Shown here piece after piece: positions 11,200 to 24,300 of a DNA stretch of 64,000 nt. Position 1 is the first letter of the stretch; each line of letters opens with the position of its first letter. The notes under the pieces are model-generated. The model was not told where the DNA came from and ran no database searches. It was given only the letters and a program-made list of their open reading frames with translations. The stretch is from Vitrella brassicaformis CCMP3155 (lineage: Eukaryota > Protista > Chromerida): NCBI GenBank assembly GCA_001179505.1, contig CDMY01000255.1, forward strand, positions 434,001 through 498,000. The letters are read 5' to 3'. Position numbers and translations under genes: made by a program.

Positions 11200-13490
11200 C
11201 GCACGCGTCGGCCAGACAGACACAGAGCTGCAGTCATTCAACTTCACTCGCCCGTCGTTCTGTCCGTCGTGCCTGCCATGCCTACGTACGTCGTGCGCTG
11301 TACCATCCATCCATCCAATCAGTACGTATATAGCCAGTGATCGAGTAAGAAAGACACCTTGAAGCAAGGAACTGAGTGAGGGAGTGAGGCAGTCAGGTTA
11401 AAAGCGCAGTGTCATTCATTCATCATGATGTATGAGATAGACGAGAGACACAAACAAGAAGTGGCAAGCAAGCAGGCACATCCACACAGGCAGGCAGGCA
11501 GGCAGGCAGACAAACACATGACTCGACTCGTCGGGCTCTCCGCCTTTATGCCATCCAGCCCCCTCCCCACCCCTCCCCTCCCCTCAGCTGTTAGGTAGTG
11601 CGCCAGCCTCTCCCTCCCCCTCCCCGTCCCCCCTCTCTCTGTAAAAGTGTCTGTCACACATCAATCAACTAAACCACCGACAGAGTTGCCAGGACCATAC
11701 ATTCATTCACGGCCAATGGCTGGAAACACAACACCCTCACGCAATCATGCCGCTAGCTAGCTGTGGGTGTGTTCCCTCCCATAGTGGGTGGCCCTCTGCA
11801 TGAGCACAAAAGAGTGAGTGAGTTTTGAGCGAGCTAGCGAGTGGGAGACCTGTGTGTGTGGTAGTGATGAATTGAATTGTTAGCACTACTGGTAGAGTGG
11901 TCTGTCAGCGTGGGTGAGTTGGCGGCTTCCCGTGGTTGTGTTGGCGCACAAGGCTGTATGTATTTGATATTCTTATCAGTCAGTAAAGAAGTCAGGTTAG
12001 CTAAGGCAAGGCAGTCAGGTCAGGTCAGGTCAGGCAAGTCGATCGATCTGTCGGTTGGTTGGCTCGGAATGCACACACGTAGCACGGGTGCGTGCATGTC
12101 CGTTGGTCGCCTCTTCAGTCCACCAAACAGACACACACGCACATCACATACGCACACGTGCAACCCAACCAAGGCTAGGCTAGGCTAGACAGACAGACAG
12201 ACAGGCAGGAAGCGGAGCGGGGGAGCGAGTGGGAAGGTTTGCAATGCAGACATACATTCACAGCAAGCAAAGGAAAGTCACTCAGTCAGTCTGGCCATGA
12301 AAAAGAGCTGAGCCACTGGCAGGCAGGCAGGCAGGCAGGGCGGGCAGTCAGTCAGTCGTTGCGGGGTCCCCCTCCCTCCCTCCCTCATTCCACCACTCAC
12401 TCGGCCACACTACGCACCCACGCACATCCATCCATCCATCCACGCACACATGACACCCATCAGTCCGCCCCCTTGTGTCTCCCTCCCTCCCTCCCTCCCT
12501 CGGTCACCCGCTTTATGGTACACGAGCTCACCCACACCATACACACAATGCGTGCAATCAAACCAGGGAAGAGGAGGAGGAAGAGAAGGCAGTGGGACCA
12601 CTAGGCAGTCAGGAGGAGGCGAAGGGACGGACATACGCGAGTGACTGGGTGAGTGGGCGGTGGGTGCGTGTCTGTCTGTCTGTCTGTCATTGCTCGCTCT
12701 CTACGCATATAGCCATTGCATCAAAAACCTGTCTGCTCGCCTGCCTGCGTCTGGCAGGCAGGCAAGGCAGACACACATCGAGAGAGACAATCAGACGAAC
12801 AAGACTGACACCAACCAATGTTTGCCGCCTACCACCCACCCACCCACAGCCCCACCACACCCGCTCGCCACCCACCAATCACCTCCCCTCACCCAATCCA
12901 ATCAGTCAGCCCCCCCGCCCGCCAGGAAAACATCATGCCTGCGTATCGTATATGATGTCGATCGACGCATGCATGTACGCAGCAGTGTGCATTGATTGCA
13001 TTGCATTGTTGGTGGAATGGAAAGAAACATCCCTGCCTGTGCGAAAAGTCTAGAAAGAAAGAGAGACTCGGTGGGCAGGACAGGGCAGGGCAGGGGGGAG
13101 TGGGAGGTTCGGGGGTGTGGGGGTGGGATGGGGTCGGGAGGGGCCGGTAGGTGGGCATAGTGAGTGGCAGAGAGTCGACGAGCGAGCGAGCGAGCGATCC
13201 ATCTGTCCATCACACACGAACGAATCAATGGCTGGGTCAGGCATGCATCGGTCTGTCCTGTCCGCTTGCCCGTCGCCATACACACACGCGCACACGCGCA
13301 CATATCATACGCACGCACGCATGAATGGATGAATGGAGGAGAGGATGCACGCCACGCCCTGTGTGTCCTGTTTGTCTGTCTGCTGATCGGTCAACCGAGC
13401 AGCCGAGCAGCCGAGCAGTCAGTCAGTCAGTCAGGATCTCAGTCAGTATCAGTATTGTGTTGTGAATATGTGTGTGGGAAGCATCTGTCT
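11200..13490. repeat. Intergenic/UTR region dense in simple repeats ((CAGG)n, (CAGT)n, (CCCT)n, (CATC)n, (GTCAG)n)
   Basis: Direct reading; the ORF-track hits here are low-complexity. Confidence 0.7.
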
Positions 13491-13496
13491 GTGTGT

Positions 13497-15604
13497 CTAT
13501 GCCCGCGCCACTTCCTCCTCGTCGGACGCCTTGGGAAGCGCCCGCCTGTCCCGCTCGTCCGCCGTGTTGCGGCGGCGGTCCTTGTCATGGTGGTTTTGCT
13601 GACACACACATACACACACATCAACACACGCAGAGAGAGAGAGAGAGAGAGTGGGCGGTGTGTCGTCTCTCTCTGTGTTGTTTGTCTGTTTGCATGCTCA
13701 TTTACGTAGTTGAGTATGGTCCAGTCGAAGATGAAGTCGTATTGGTATCCCTCCCGGAAGAAGAGGTCCTTGAAGAGGCGGCGCAGGTAGGCGTAGTCCG
13801 GGCGGTCCTCAAAGCGCAGGCTGCGGCAGTAGTTCAAATACGTCATGAACTCGACTATTCAATGTATTACACACACACACACACATCAACACATCGACAC
13901 ATCAAACCATCAAACCATCAAACCAAACCACACAATACAAGACAAGACACACACATGCGCCGCACCGGCCTCTCGTGTGAGTGCTGCTGTGCTGTGCTGT
14001 GTGTGAGCATATCTATCATACATGGGAAGTGTTTGCAGAGTATTTCGATGGGCGTGGACATTTTCTTCTCCATGATCTTCTCGTACTTCTCCTTCTTGGA
14101 GTTGGCCTTGAGCCCCTGCCACGGCAGACACCCACGGTTGAAGTACATCAACACGTAACCCAACGCCTCCAAATCGTCGCTGAATGCATTACACACATAC
14201 CATACCATACCATACGCACACAACGCAATATGACACACATGTGTGATGTGGTGTCTGGCCGGTTGGTTGGTTGGTAGGTGTGGTTACTTACCGTCGCGAC
14301 TGTTCGATTCCGAGGTGTGTGTTGATGGATGCGTATCGAGCGGTGCCGGTGAGGTTCTTGTTTTCGCGGTAGGGGATGTGCTGCTGCGTCTTGGGGTCGC
14401 GGTACTTCTTGGCCAATCCGAAATCGATGATGTACACAACCTGAGCGATGGATGCGATGCGATGGGCCGATCGAATCGACGGACACACAACACACAACAC
14501 AACACACAAGCAGGGCAGACAGAGAGGGAGGGGAGGGGAGGGCCATGATGCTGATCTTGTCGTATCGTGTCTTCTGTGTATGTCCCTCCTCCTGTCTTTC
14601 GCTCTCTCACACAGGTACGTACCTGTGCCTTCTTGCCGAGTCCGATGAGGAAGTTGTCGGGCTTGATATCGCGATGGATGAAGTTCTTGGCGTGGATGTA
14701 CTCGATGCGGTTCAACTACACACACCAACACAAACATAACACAATAAATGAATAATACGCCAAACAATCGCGGGCCGGGCCGGCATGTGTGTGCGTGTGT
14801 GTGCGGTGTGTGGATGTGATGTATGTGGCCCATGTGATGTGTGTCCGCACCAACCATTTGGTCGGCGAGCATGAGTGCGGTTTTGAGTGAGAATTTGCGG
14901 TTGCAGAAGGTGAAGAGGTCCTCGAGGGAGGGGCCCAGGAGGTCAATCACCATCACGTTGTAGTCGCCCTCGATGCCGTACCAGTGAACCGTCGGAATGC
15001 CAACTGACACAGACAGACAGACAGGGGCATCACATCACACAGGGGGGGCTTCATCTTGCAAGCGTGTCCTGTGTGTGATGTGGCGGTAATGGCTTACCGC
15101 CGCCCGCGAGTATCTTATACAGTTTCGACTCATAGAGGAGCTGGGGGTGCTTGGACTTGATCGACTCCTGACGCGCACACACGCACACATACGGGTACAC
15201 CGAGACAGACAGACAGACAGACGCCACCAGACAAGCAAAACAACCAAATGAGCGACGCACGACCCCGGCAAACGAGGCATCGTACCCGTCCTCTCTCTGT
15301 GCAACCGTGGCTGTGTCCCGTCCTGTCTTTCATCGCTGCCTGGCGTGTGCGTGTCGCTTCACTAGGTCGGCCTTCTCTCACCAGTTTGATGGCCACCTCC
15401 TCTCCCGTAGCGATATTGGTTCCTGACAGACACGCCCAACACTCCATAGCCCCTCTCCCTCTGCACGTCGCTCCCCGCCTCCCTCCCTCCCTGGCCCATT
15501 AGCCCCAGTGTGTGTGTTCGGCTGTTACCGATATAGATGTCTCCGAATGAGCCGCCGCCGATCTTCCGGCCGAGGCGGTACTTGCCTCCCACGCGGACCT
15601 CCAT
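13497..15604 (-). CDS. CK1: Casein kinase 1
   Basis: [26 protein letters not shown]; [11 protein letters not shown]; [24 protein letters not shown]; [12 protein letters not shown]; [12 protein letters not shown]; [23 protein letters not shown]; [16 protein letters not shown]; [20 protein letters not shown]. Short tail ends EEEVARA*. Confidence 0.97.
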
Positions 15605-15929
15605 CGTGAGAGCGCAACGCTACACCCGACCAACCGGAGCTACAGGGTTAAAGCACACAGTGCCAGCCAGGCCCAGCTGCCTCCAGCCGGCTCACAAACA
15701 ACAAGGGGGACCCGCGACGCTCTCAAAGGGCCCTCTTCTCCCGCTCCCCCTCCGCTCTTCACGATCGCGAGCTTTCATCTCTCTGCGAAAAGTGAAGGAG
15801 CGGAGCAGCCTTTGTCCAAGTATCCATGCTGGAGAGGAGGTCGAGAACAGCTGTCGGCACAGATAGCCCAAAGCTCTGAGCCATCGAGTGTCGTGTCGTC
15901 AACATCGCGGCCCGTCTGCCCTTCCCGTC

Positions 15930-17122
15930 ATGCGGAGCAGCAGCAGGATCCTCCCGGTCAGCTGGGCCATGGCGTTGGCGTCCATCATGGCGCCACTGAG
16001 CATCAGCAGCATCTGTGTCAGCGCCGCATGCGTCGACACAGCCCCGGTGTTTGTGCTGCAGCCATCGCGTCTGCAGCACATCAGGACCAACCAGACACTC
16101 AGAAGGCCGCAGCAGAGGGCTCACAAGCTGCTGACCTCCACACTGCGGCCGCAGCCGAGCATTGGGGACGTCTTGTCTGCGTCTGATGGTCCCTCGGGGA
16201 CGGGCGTGTCGATTCAACCTGACCACCGAGTGCCAGCTTCTTCTGGGGAAGGTGACCTCCCAGCAACACCACCAGTGGCCACTGAGTCCCACCCACTAAA
16301 GGGCCCACCTGCCACCGTGACAGCCATCTTGCTCAACAACGTGCAGTGGTATGTGCGGACACTGGTGCTGCAGGCGACGCTCATCCCGGTGTCGTTTGCG
16401 CTGGCGTCGGTGCTGGCGATCCTGCTGGATGTGCACTGGAGCGCCAATGGGGTGCTGGCCGGGCTGGCGGGCGCCGTGCCGCTCCTGCTCTTCGATGAAG
16501 GGCTCTTCAGGTGGGTATGTGGGTGGGGTGGTACAGTCAGGACTCAGACAGACAGACAGACAGACAGATCACCCACCGGTGATGATGCCTGCACTGCGTG
16601 TGTGCTGTGCTGTGCATGTGTGTGTGCGTGAGTGCAGGTGGGCGCGTCGTTTCAAGGTGCATTCAGTGGAGGAGTGCGGTGAGCACACGGTGGCCATGAC
16701 GACCGCCCTGTACGGCGAGAAGCGCAACCTCCCGCTGGTCATCCCCTCCGCACTCATGCTGGCTCTCGTGTCGGGCATCGGCGAGGAACTGCTCTTCAGA
16801 GGCGTACTGCAGCAGTGGTTCCAAGAGGTGCGCGCGCACGCACGCCATCCATCCATCAAAGAGAAAGTGTTGTGTGTGTGTCAATGACTGTCAGCTGACG
16901 TCGAGTGAGACGCTGGGCATGCTGCTAGGCGGTTGCGTGTTCGGCGCCTCCCACGTCTTCGGCCGCTCGCCGGTCTACGGCCTCTTGATCGCCCTGATAG
17001 GCTTCTACTTCGCGGGCTTCTACTTCCTCTCGGGCGACCTGCTGACGGCGTGCGTCGCCCACGCGCTGTTCGACTTTGTGGCGCTCGTCAAGCTACACTG
17101 GCGGACCACTGACCAGCGGTAG
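15930..17122 (+). CDS. CPBP family (CAAX amino-terminal protease/Abi, Rce1-like) intramembrane glutamic endopeptidase, probably plastid-targeted
   Basis: Motifs GIGEELLFRG, FGASH and HALFD with several TM helices over 3 exons. The N-terminus has a hydrophobic leader followed by a S/R/Q-rich transit-like stretch. Confidence 0.85.
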
Positions 17123-18644
17123 ACACGTAGACAGATAGATATAGCATGTGAGAGTCGACGGCGTCGATTAGAGGGTGGGAAGGGGAGAGAGGGGAGAGAG
17201 AGAGTGAAAGGATGGATGAGTAGGGCGAGAGTGGATGTCATTGGGACCCGATGGGATGGCCTTGCCGCCTGGTTTTTGGTCTTCGACGCGTCTTTTTCTG
17301 TCGGTTGAGAGAGCATCTCTCCTGATGGTATGGTGTGTTTGGTTCTTGCCTGGCGGCAGATAACCAATGAGATTGGCCAATTCAGCTTGGCTGTCTTGCT
17401 CGGTTCCTTCGCTGTCAGCTGAGAAACACCCACACACACATCAGGGGGATGCATACGCTTAGTCCATCCCTATGGCACAACAGTTGAGAGACCGTCGACA
17501 CATGTAGATAGCACAGCCCTCCCTGGCAGAGAGCAGCGCACGGGGCCATGTGTTGTCATCCAGTCGTGTATCGCTAGCACATCTTACAAGAGCGTCAGCG
17601 TCGTTTTGGCCCCTTGCGTCGCTCACACCGCGCATCCCTCTCTGTCTCTCTGTCTCTTGTGTATCTCAGAAAGGGGGTTCAGTTTTGTTTTCCTTTCGTC
17701 CGTTTTGTTTTGCCTCGGCGTGTGTGCTGTGTGTACTGTATTGTATGCTATGTAGATACGATGCTAAGAGAGTGTCTGACGGGGGCGGGGCTGAGGGCGA
17801 CTGAATGGATGGATGGATGAGCAAATGGACGGGTGGATGGGTGTGTTCATGTGGATAACATCAATCAAGCCTCCCCCGCAATGCAACCCACTCGCTATGT
17901 ATTGCCCGCTATTACATGTATACATACGTGTGGTGCAATGCAAGGAGTGTATATTAGCTAGTGTCTTGTTCACTGTCTGCGCGGCGAGAGACGAGACAGT
18001 GAATTGGCGGGTACTTGCGTGTTTCTTGCTCCACAAATACACAGCACGCTGTGTGACTAGATAGATATACTACTAGTGGTTGCTATGCGTGTACAGCCAG
18101 AGGGGGGGGGCAGGCGGTGTATGGCGTGTACCTGTTATGTCCGACTGGCCGGACGGCTGCCAGTGCGTCAAGCTGATATCTATCGCGAGCTGATGGTTGG
18201 TAGCCCTCGGTTGCGAGCGGGCTTTCACAGTGCGTCGGGATCGCATCACGTTTGATTCCGGCGCACTTGGCGGCCCGACCGTATCAGCGGGCTTCAGCCT
18301 GGCCCATGCATCCGTGCAGAAACAGCAGCTAGAATGGACCGCCTGTGTTGATGGACAGACAAGAGGCTCATCCCGTGTCTGTCTGTTTGTCGTTCTGTAC
18401 AGTTAAATAAGTCACATAGTACACACACCATGCACGGCGCGCGGGCCATGAGTTCGTCTATAAGCCACCAACGAAGAGCAAACACGCCGTGCAATCACTC
18501 AAGGTGTGAACTCAATTGGCTGGCGGCTGCTCTCCCGCCTCACCGGCGTGCAGGTGACCTTCTCTTGCGCCATGTCAGAGTGGATCACCAGCAAACTGCG
18601 GAGGCGGCAAAACAACTGCCAGAGGACGCCACACCTGCCCTCAC

Positions 18645-19819
18645 TCAGCTGGTTCCCCTACTATCGATGATCTCCTCCACACGCCCATCCTCCACACCAC
18701 CACCACCAACACTCGACGATTCCGCCAGCGTCAGCATCTCGTGGTAGGCCGTCACACCCGCCCCTTCTCTGCCCTTGTGGCCTTCTGCCGTGGTGAAGGG
18801 CGGCTGAGCGGCGAAGAAGTCCCTGGCCATGCGGACCTTGTCGAAGCGCACGTTGTAGAACCTGTCAGTGGGGGCGAGGCGGTTGTCGGGGTGGCCCGTG
18901 ACCTCCTGACGGCCGGAGGGGCCGTGCTGACGGAGCCACAGAGACATGGGAGGTAGGCTGGTATGCAGGCAGGCATGCAGGCAGGGTACCTGGCTGAGTG
19001 AGGTGCCACTGAGGGCATAGGCGGTGTGGTAGAAGTCTGGAGGCCTGCAGACAGACAGACAGACAGACAGACAGAAAGGGACAGGTGGGCGTGGGTGGCA
19101 TGGCGTATGTGAGTGACTGCATGCCCATGCCCAGGCTGGGCAAGACTGTCTGTCGTGTCGATCAGCTCAGCTTACTTGCCAGGTTTGTCTCTGAGGAGCC
19201 CCCGGGGGTCTTGACAGCACAGGAAGACATAAAACTGGTCAACACAACCATCAGTGAGTGACACACACACACACACAGACAACAGCCGCATGTGTGTCTT
19301 GCTTGTGTCTGCAGGCAGGTGTCTGTACGCACCGACCGACCTGTAGGGCCATAGGGCTTATCCAATAGTGCGACGGAGGCACATACTCCCCACACTGACC
19401 ATTGACCGAACCAGTCAACCAACCAACACATGGATGAACGAACGAACGGGTGGATGAGTGAGTGGTGATGTGATGTGCTGTGCTGGGGTGTGGTGTGGTG
19501 CATAGGACATACACACCTGCCTCAACGCCTCGTGGACCACGGGAAGGATGCCACCCTGACAGAAGATGGATGCCGTGTCTGTGCGAGCATGGCTATGCAT
19601 TCATTCGGTCCGCCTTTCTGTCTGTCTGTCTGCCTGACTGACTGACCAGCCAGAACGAGTAGCACGAGTCCACCAGCTTGTTGGTCCGGCCCTGGAAATG
19701 CACATCAGATCCAGAATCGCACCGGCGTCTGTGGCCTTTCTTTCCCCCGTGTGTGAGTGAATTAAATTTGTGACCTGGAAGCCCCCTTCGACGCTCATCT
19801 GCCGGTGACACGCCCAATC

Positions 19820-19854
<35 letters not shown>

Positions 19855-21231
19855 CATGCAGATGAGGAAAATGTTGGCAAAGCAAACAGATCCCATCCCC
19901 GGTGGATTGGATTGGATCGGGCCCCACGCACCAGTAGTCTGTGCAGGTTGAGGTGCTGAGCCTGTCCGAGAATGGTGAGTGCGGCCAGGCCGCAGTAGGT
20001 GTAGCCACCGTGCGACTCGGAACCTGGCTCCGACGCTATCCCGCCGTCCCAACGCTGGCAACTGCCACACACACACACACACACACGCGTCCACAGACCA
20101 GATCCCCGTATGTGTGTGTGTGTACATGGAATGGATAGATGGATGGATGTGGGGGCCCATTGTGCTGCTTACGCTGCGATGTGTTGGGGTATGCCGTCGA
20201 CGAGCTCGTCAGTTAGCAAGTGCAGCATCGAGGCGGTCGCTATGGCGCAGTACACACCCCTGAATGAATGAAGATGCAATGAATAGCTATCTGATGTGTG
20301 TGTGTTGTGAGCAGAGCACATCGGTAGGTAGGTACCTCATGTCGCTCTCCCCTCCCTCGTGCAGGTCGAACCCCCCCCTCTGGACATTCTTGACACGCAT
20401 CAGAAAGGAATACAGACGACCCCTGACACACATACATACATACACACACCCATCCACTCTCTCTCTCTCTCCCCTGCCATCCCCTGCCGTGAGAATGCCC
20501 CGCCCCACCCACCCACCGTCCTGCACCTGTCCACACATCTGTAAGCTTCCTCCCCGCCGATGACCATGAGTGCGGCCACACAGGCGTATGTGGGCGCGAG
20601 GTGCGCCAGCTGACCTGGCCCGCCGCCAAAGCCCCCATCAGGGTGCTGACACCGTGCCAGGAACGACACCACACTGCATGACACACACAAACACAAACCC
20701 AAACACAATGCCTGACGGACGATGGACACACAGGCGCCCTCCTTGCTGACTGATGTGATGGTTACTTTACTGACTTCCGTTTGGTGGCGTCATCGAGTTG
20801 ATAGTTGAGGAGCTCCAGTGAGTGTGTGATCCAAAAGACGAACCAGCCCCGGGAGGCGTCGAGGCCGCTCATGCACGCCGGCAGCCGCGTGAGCCCCTCC
20901 ATAAGGCACGGCAGCAGACGGTCGCGGTGCAGACGGATGCTGACACACATGCACCACACAGGCACACGCAGGCACACCGGCCATGGGAATCGCCTCTCTC
21001 TTGCAACAAACCCCGTGGCCTCACTCACAGAACTCACAAGGTGGTTCCTCCAACTTGGTTGTCGGTGTTGATGAAGTTCCTGAAGAGGGCCACACAGATG
21101 TCCTCGATGGCTTTCTGCTCGTCAGACGTCCTCGTCGAGATGCCGTCGTCCACTGGCGGAGCTGCACCACCACCAGCACCGCGGCCAGACGAAGATCCAC
21201 GGTGGGAACTCATCTCATCTATCTGCGTCAT
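18645..21231 (-). CDS. FNTB: Protein farnesyltransferase beta subunit
   Basis: GLDASRGWFVFWITHSLELL; CQHPDGGFGGGPGQLAHLAPTYA; GGESDMR|GVYCA; ESHGGYTYCGLA; EGGFQ|GRTNKLVDSCYSFW; CCQDPRGLLRDKPGK|PPDFYHTAYALSG. Confidence 0.93.
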
Positions 21232-21329
21232 TTGAGCTCGCAGTGGTCCTTCGCACAATTGAGGTGATAGCGGAGAGGATGGCAGACGTAGCCACATGAC
21301 CGGCGCAGTGCAGCCGACCTTCACTTCAC

Positions 21330-24300
21330 ATGGCGTCGCTCAAGTCACCGTCGTCCGTCGGCACTGATGGCATAGGAGGAGCTCCGCAGGTGACGGTGCA
21401 GCGCAACTGGCTGCAGCCCGGCACCTTCAACCAGCAGGAATGGGGCAACTGGAAGAGCCACAGTAAGCATGGCATGACACACCACCCGCATCCATCCATC
21501 GTTGGGTTAACTGCATCCTCGAAGGAGGAGAGATGCTTCCCCTGTGTGTGGTTTGTTTGCATGCAGCCCTTCTGCTGCGCCAGAGCGTCGAGCGGCTCAA
21601 CTGGGAGGAAAACAGAGAATGGTCGGTAGGTAGTTAACAAGCGAAGAAAAGTGTATGTGTCTGTGTGTGCACAATGAATTCAACGCACAATGAATGCACT
21701 GCAGGTGCCTGTGCGCATGGCGTGCGAAGTCTGGCCGTAGCGGGGATGCGCAGATGACGTGCGCTGAGTTTGAGGACCTCATCGCCGACTACCCCCAATG
21801 CATGAGCGGCAGCAAATCAGTCCACCCTGGGGAGCCTGGCGGGGCCGCCAGGGCCTTCGCGTTTATCGACCGCAACAAAGACGGACAGATATCCGTATAT
21901 ATGCACACAGATCGATCCGAAGGGGGGGCCTGCTGGATGGATGGATGGATGGATGGATGTGTGTGTCTGTGTGTGTGTCTGTGTGCAGGAGGTAGATTTC
22001 CTGGCCGGCTGCATCGCGATGTCGCCACACACTGCACAGGTACAGGTGGGTGGGTGTCGCCACACACTGCAAATGACCTTTCTCGGGTCATGGATGGATG
22101 TCTGGCTGGGTGTGGGTGCAGAGGGACTTGTCGGAGCCGTATTCGCAGCTGCGTCTGCAGCTGTTGTTCCAGAACTATGACGCCAACCTCGACGGCAGAC
22201 TCGACAAAGACGAACTCGCCGCACTCATCACCGACCTCTACGCCGTCAAGGGGTCGCATGACACACAGGCAAGGATCCTCTGTGTGTCCATCCATCCATC
22301 CATCAATCCAAGTGTCAAGTGTCGTGTGGTTGGGTGCATGGATGCGGTGCAGAAGGCATCGGCGTGTGCGGCCACCCTTCACAGCCACCACGGCGGGGAT
22401 CTGACGTACTCAGACTTCTATCGCATGGTGGAGCAGCGCAACATCAATGGCACTCCAATGCTCTTCAGATTCGCAAAGGTGGGGCTCAGCTCAGCGAGGG
22501 GGGCACACAGCACAGCACAGCACAGCAGGCATCGCATAGGAATGTGCAATTTATCTATCTATCTTTCTATCTTTCTATCTATCTATCTATACCTCGGTGC
22601 TCTGTGGGTGCAGGACTTCGCCCAAGCGGTGTGTGAGAAGATGGGTGGTGTGGCCACGGCCCCCCCGCACCCACACCCACAGTCACACCCACAGCCAGCA
22701 GAGACCAAGACGCAACCCAACGAGTGAGCCTGCCGCCCAACAGACAAACAGACAGACAGACAGACCGACAGACCACCAACATCCGCAATGGATGCCATGT
22801 GTGTGTTGTGTGCACTGCAGAGGGGTGCACCACCCGTCCTCTCCCCGGTGTGTGGCTGGGACCATGCCTTCTGACGGTGGTTGTGGTGGTGGTGGTATGG
22901 GTCGGGAGTCGGTGAGGCTGCGGGGCAGCCCTCAGCAGCAGGAGCAGCAGCAGCAGCGGGGCGCGTCGCATCCCTATGGTCAGTGGGCAGCCATACGTAC
23001 GTACGTACGTACGATGGATGGATGGGAAATTGGTGGATGCAGGTGAGGTTGACGGCAACTACGACGCCATACATGACGAGACCAACGTATACACACCCCA
23101 CAGCCCACCACGCCCCACACACCTACACCCCCCCACACACACCCACACGCAAGACGCTCTCTCCCTCTGCGTGGATGGATTGGTGGACAGTTGCCCCTCC
23201 GTGTGGTCCGCACACTGATGGCCGCGTCGGCCGACGGGGCGACATCGCTGGACGCCAGCGCCCCCTTCATCCTCTGCACCAGCGACGAGGTCAAGATGCT
23301 CTGCGACATGGTCGTGCCGCACCTCATCCACGAAAACACACTCGTAGAGGTAGTTTAAGGGGGCGGGGCGCTCTCTCCGTGGCACACACAGACACAGACA
23401 GACACAGAGAGAGGGGGGGGGAACGGTATATATTTCTGTGTCTGTGTCTGTGTGTGGTGTGGTGTGGTGTCTTGTGTTGTGTGGTGAGAGTGCAGTTGTC
23501 GCTGCCTGTGCGGGTGTACGGCGACATCCACGGCAACCTGCCGGACCTGCTGACCTTCTTCAACACATACGCGTGGCCTGACAGACGCCGAGGGGACATC
23601 CTCACCACCAACTACCTCTTCCTCGGTGGGTGGTGGGGTGAATGGGTGGGTGGTGAGGCCAGACGCACAGGCGGATAGAATCGCTGATGCGTGTGTGTGG
23701 TGTGTGTGTGTGTGTGCGTGTGTGTGTGTGTTTAGGTGACTACGTGGACAGGGGGGCGTTTTCGCTGGAGGTGGTGCTGCTCCTCTTTGCACTCAAAATA
23801 CAGGCATGCAAGAGCTCCCTCCCTCCCCCCACCCACCCACCCACCCTCCCACCCCCCGACACACACCCGTGCGCTGTGCCGTGCCGTGCCGTGCCGTGCC
23901 GTGCCGTGTGTGCAGTATCCCGAGTCGGTGTACCTGCTGCGCGGCAACCACGAGGACCGCATCCGTGAGTCAGCCACGCTCAGTCAGTGGCTGACGCTTG
24001 CTCATATCTGATGTGCGTGGGTGTGTGTGGGTGTGGGTGTGTGCAGTGAACAAGTCGTATGGGTTTGGGAGCGAGTGCGTTAGGAAACTCGGTGGGTCGG
24101 TCGGTCGGTACACACAGACACAGACACAGACACACACAGATGGATGGATGGATGGATGTGTTTGCCTGCATTTGTTTGTGCACATGTGTGTGTGTGTGTG
24201 TGTGTGTGTGCGGCAACTTAGGTGCGTCTGGCGACGGTTTGTGGGAGTTGATTAACGACGTGTTTGAGTTCCTGCCCCTCGCCGCACTCGTAGACGGACA

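Noticed and set aside
23870-23910. (GTGCC)n regular repeat, also at ~49975 and ~52870 in reverse
   Set aside because: Intronic pentanucleotide microsatellite; it has no spacers, so it is not a CRISPR array.
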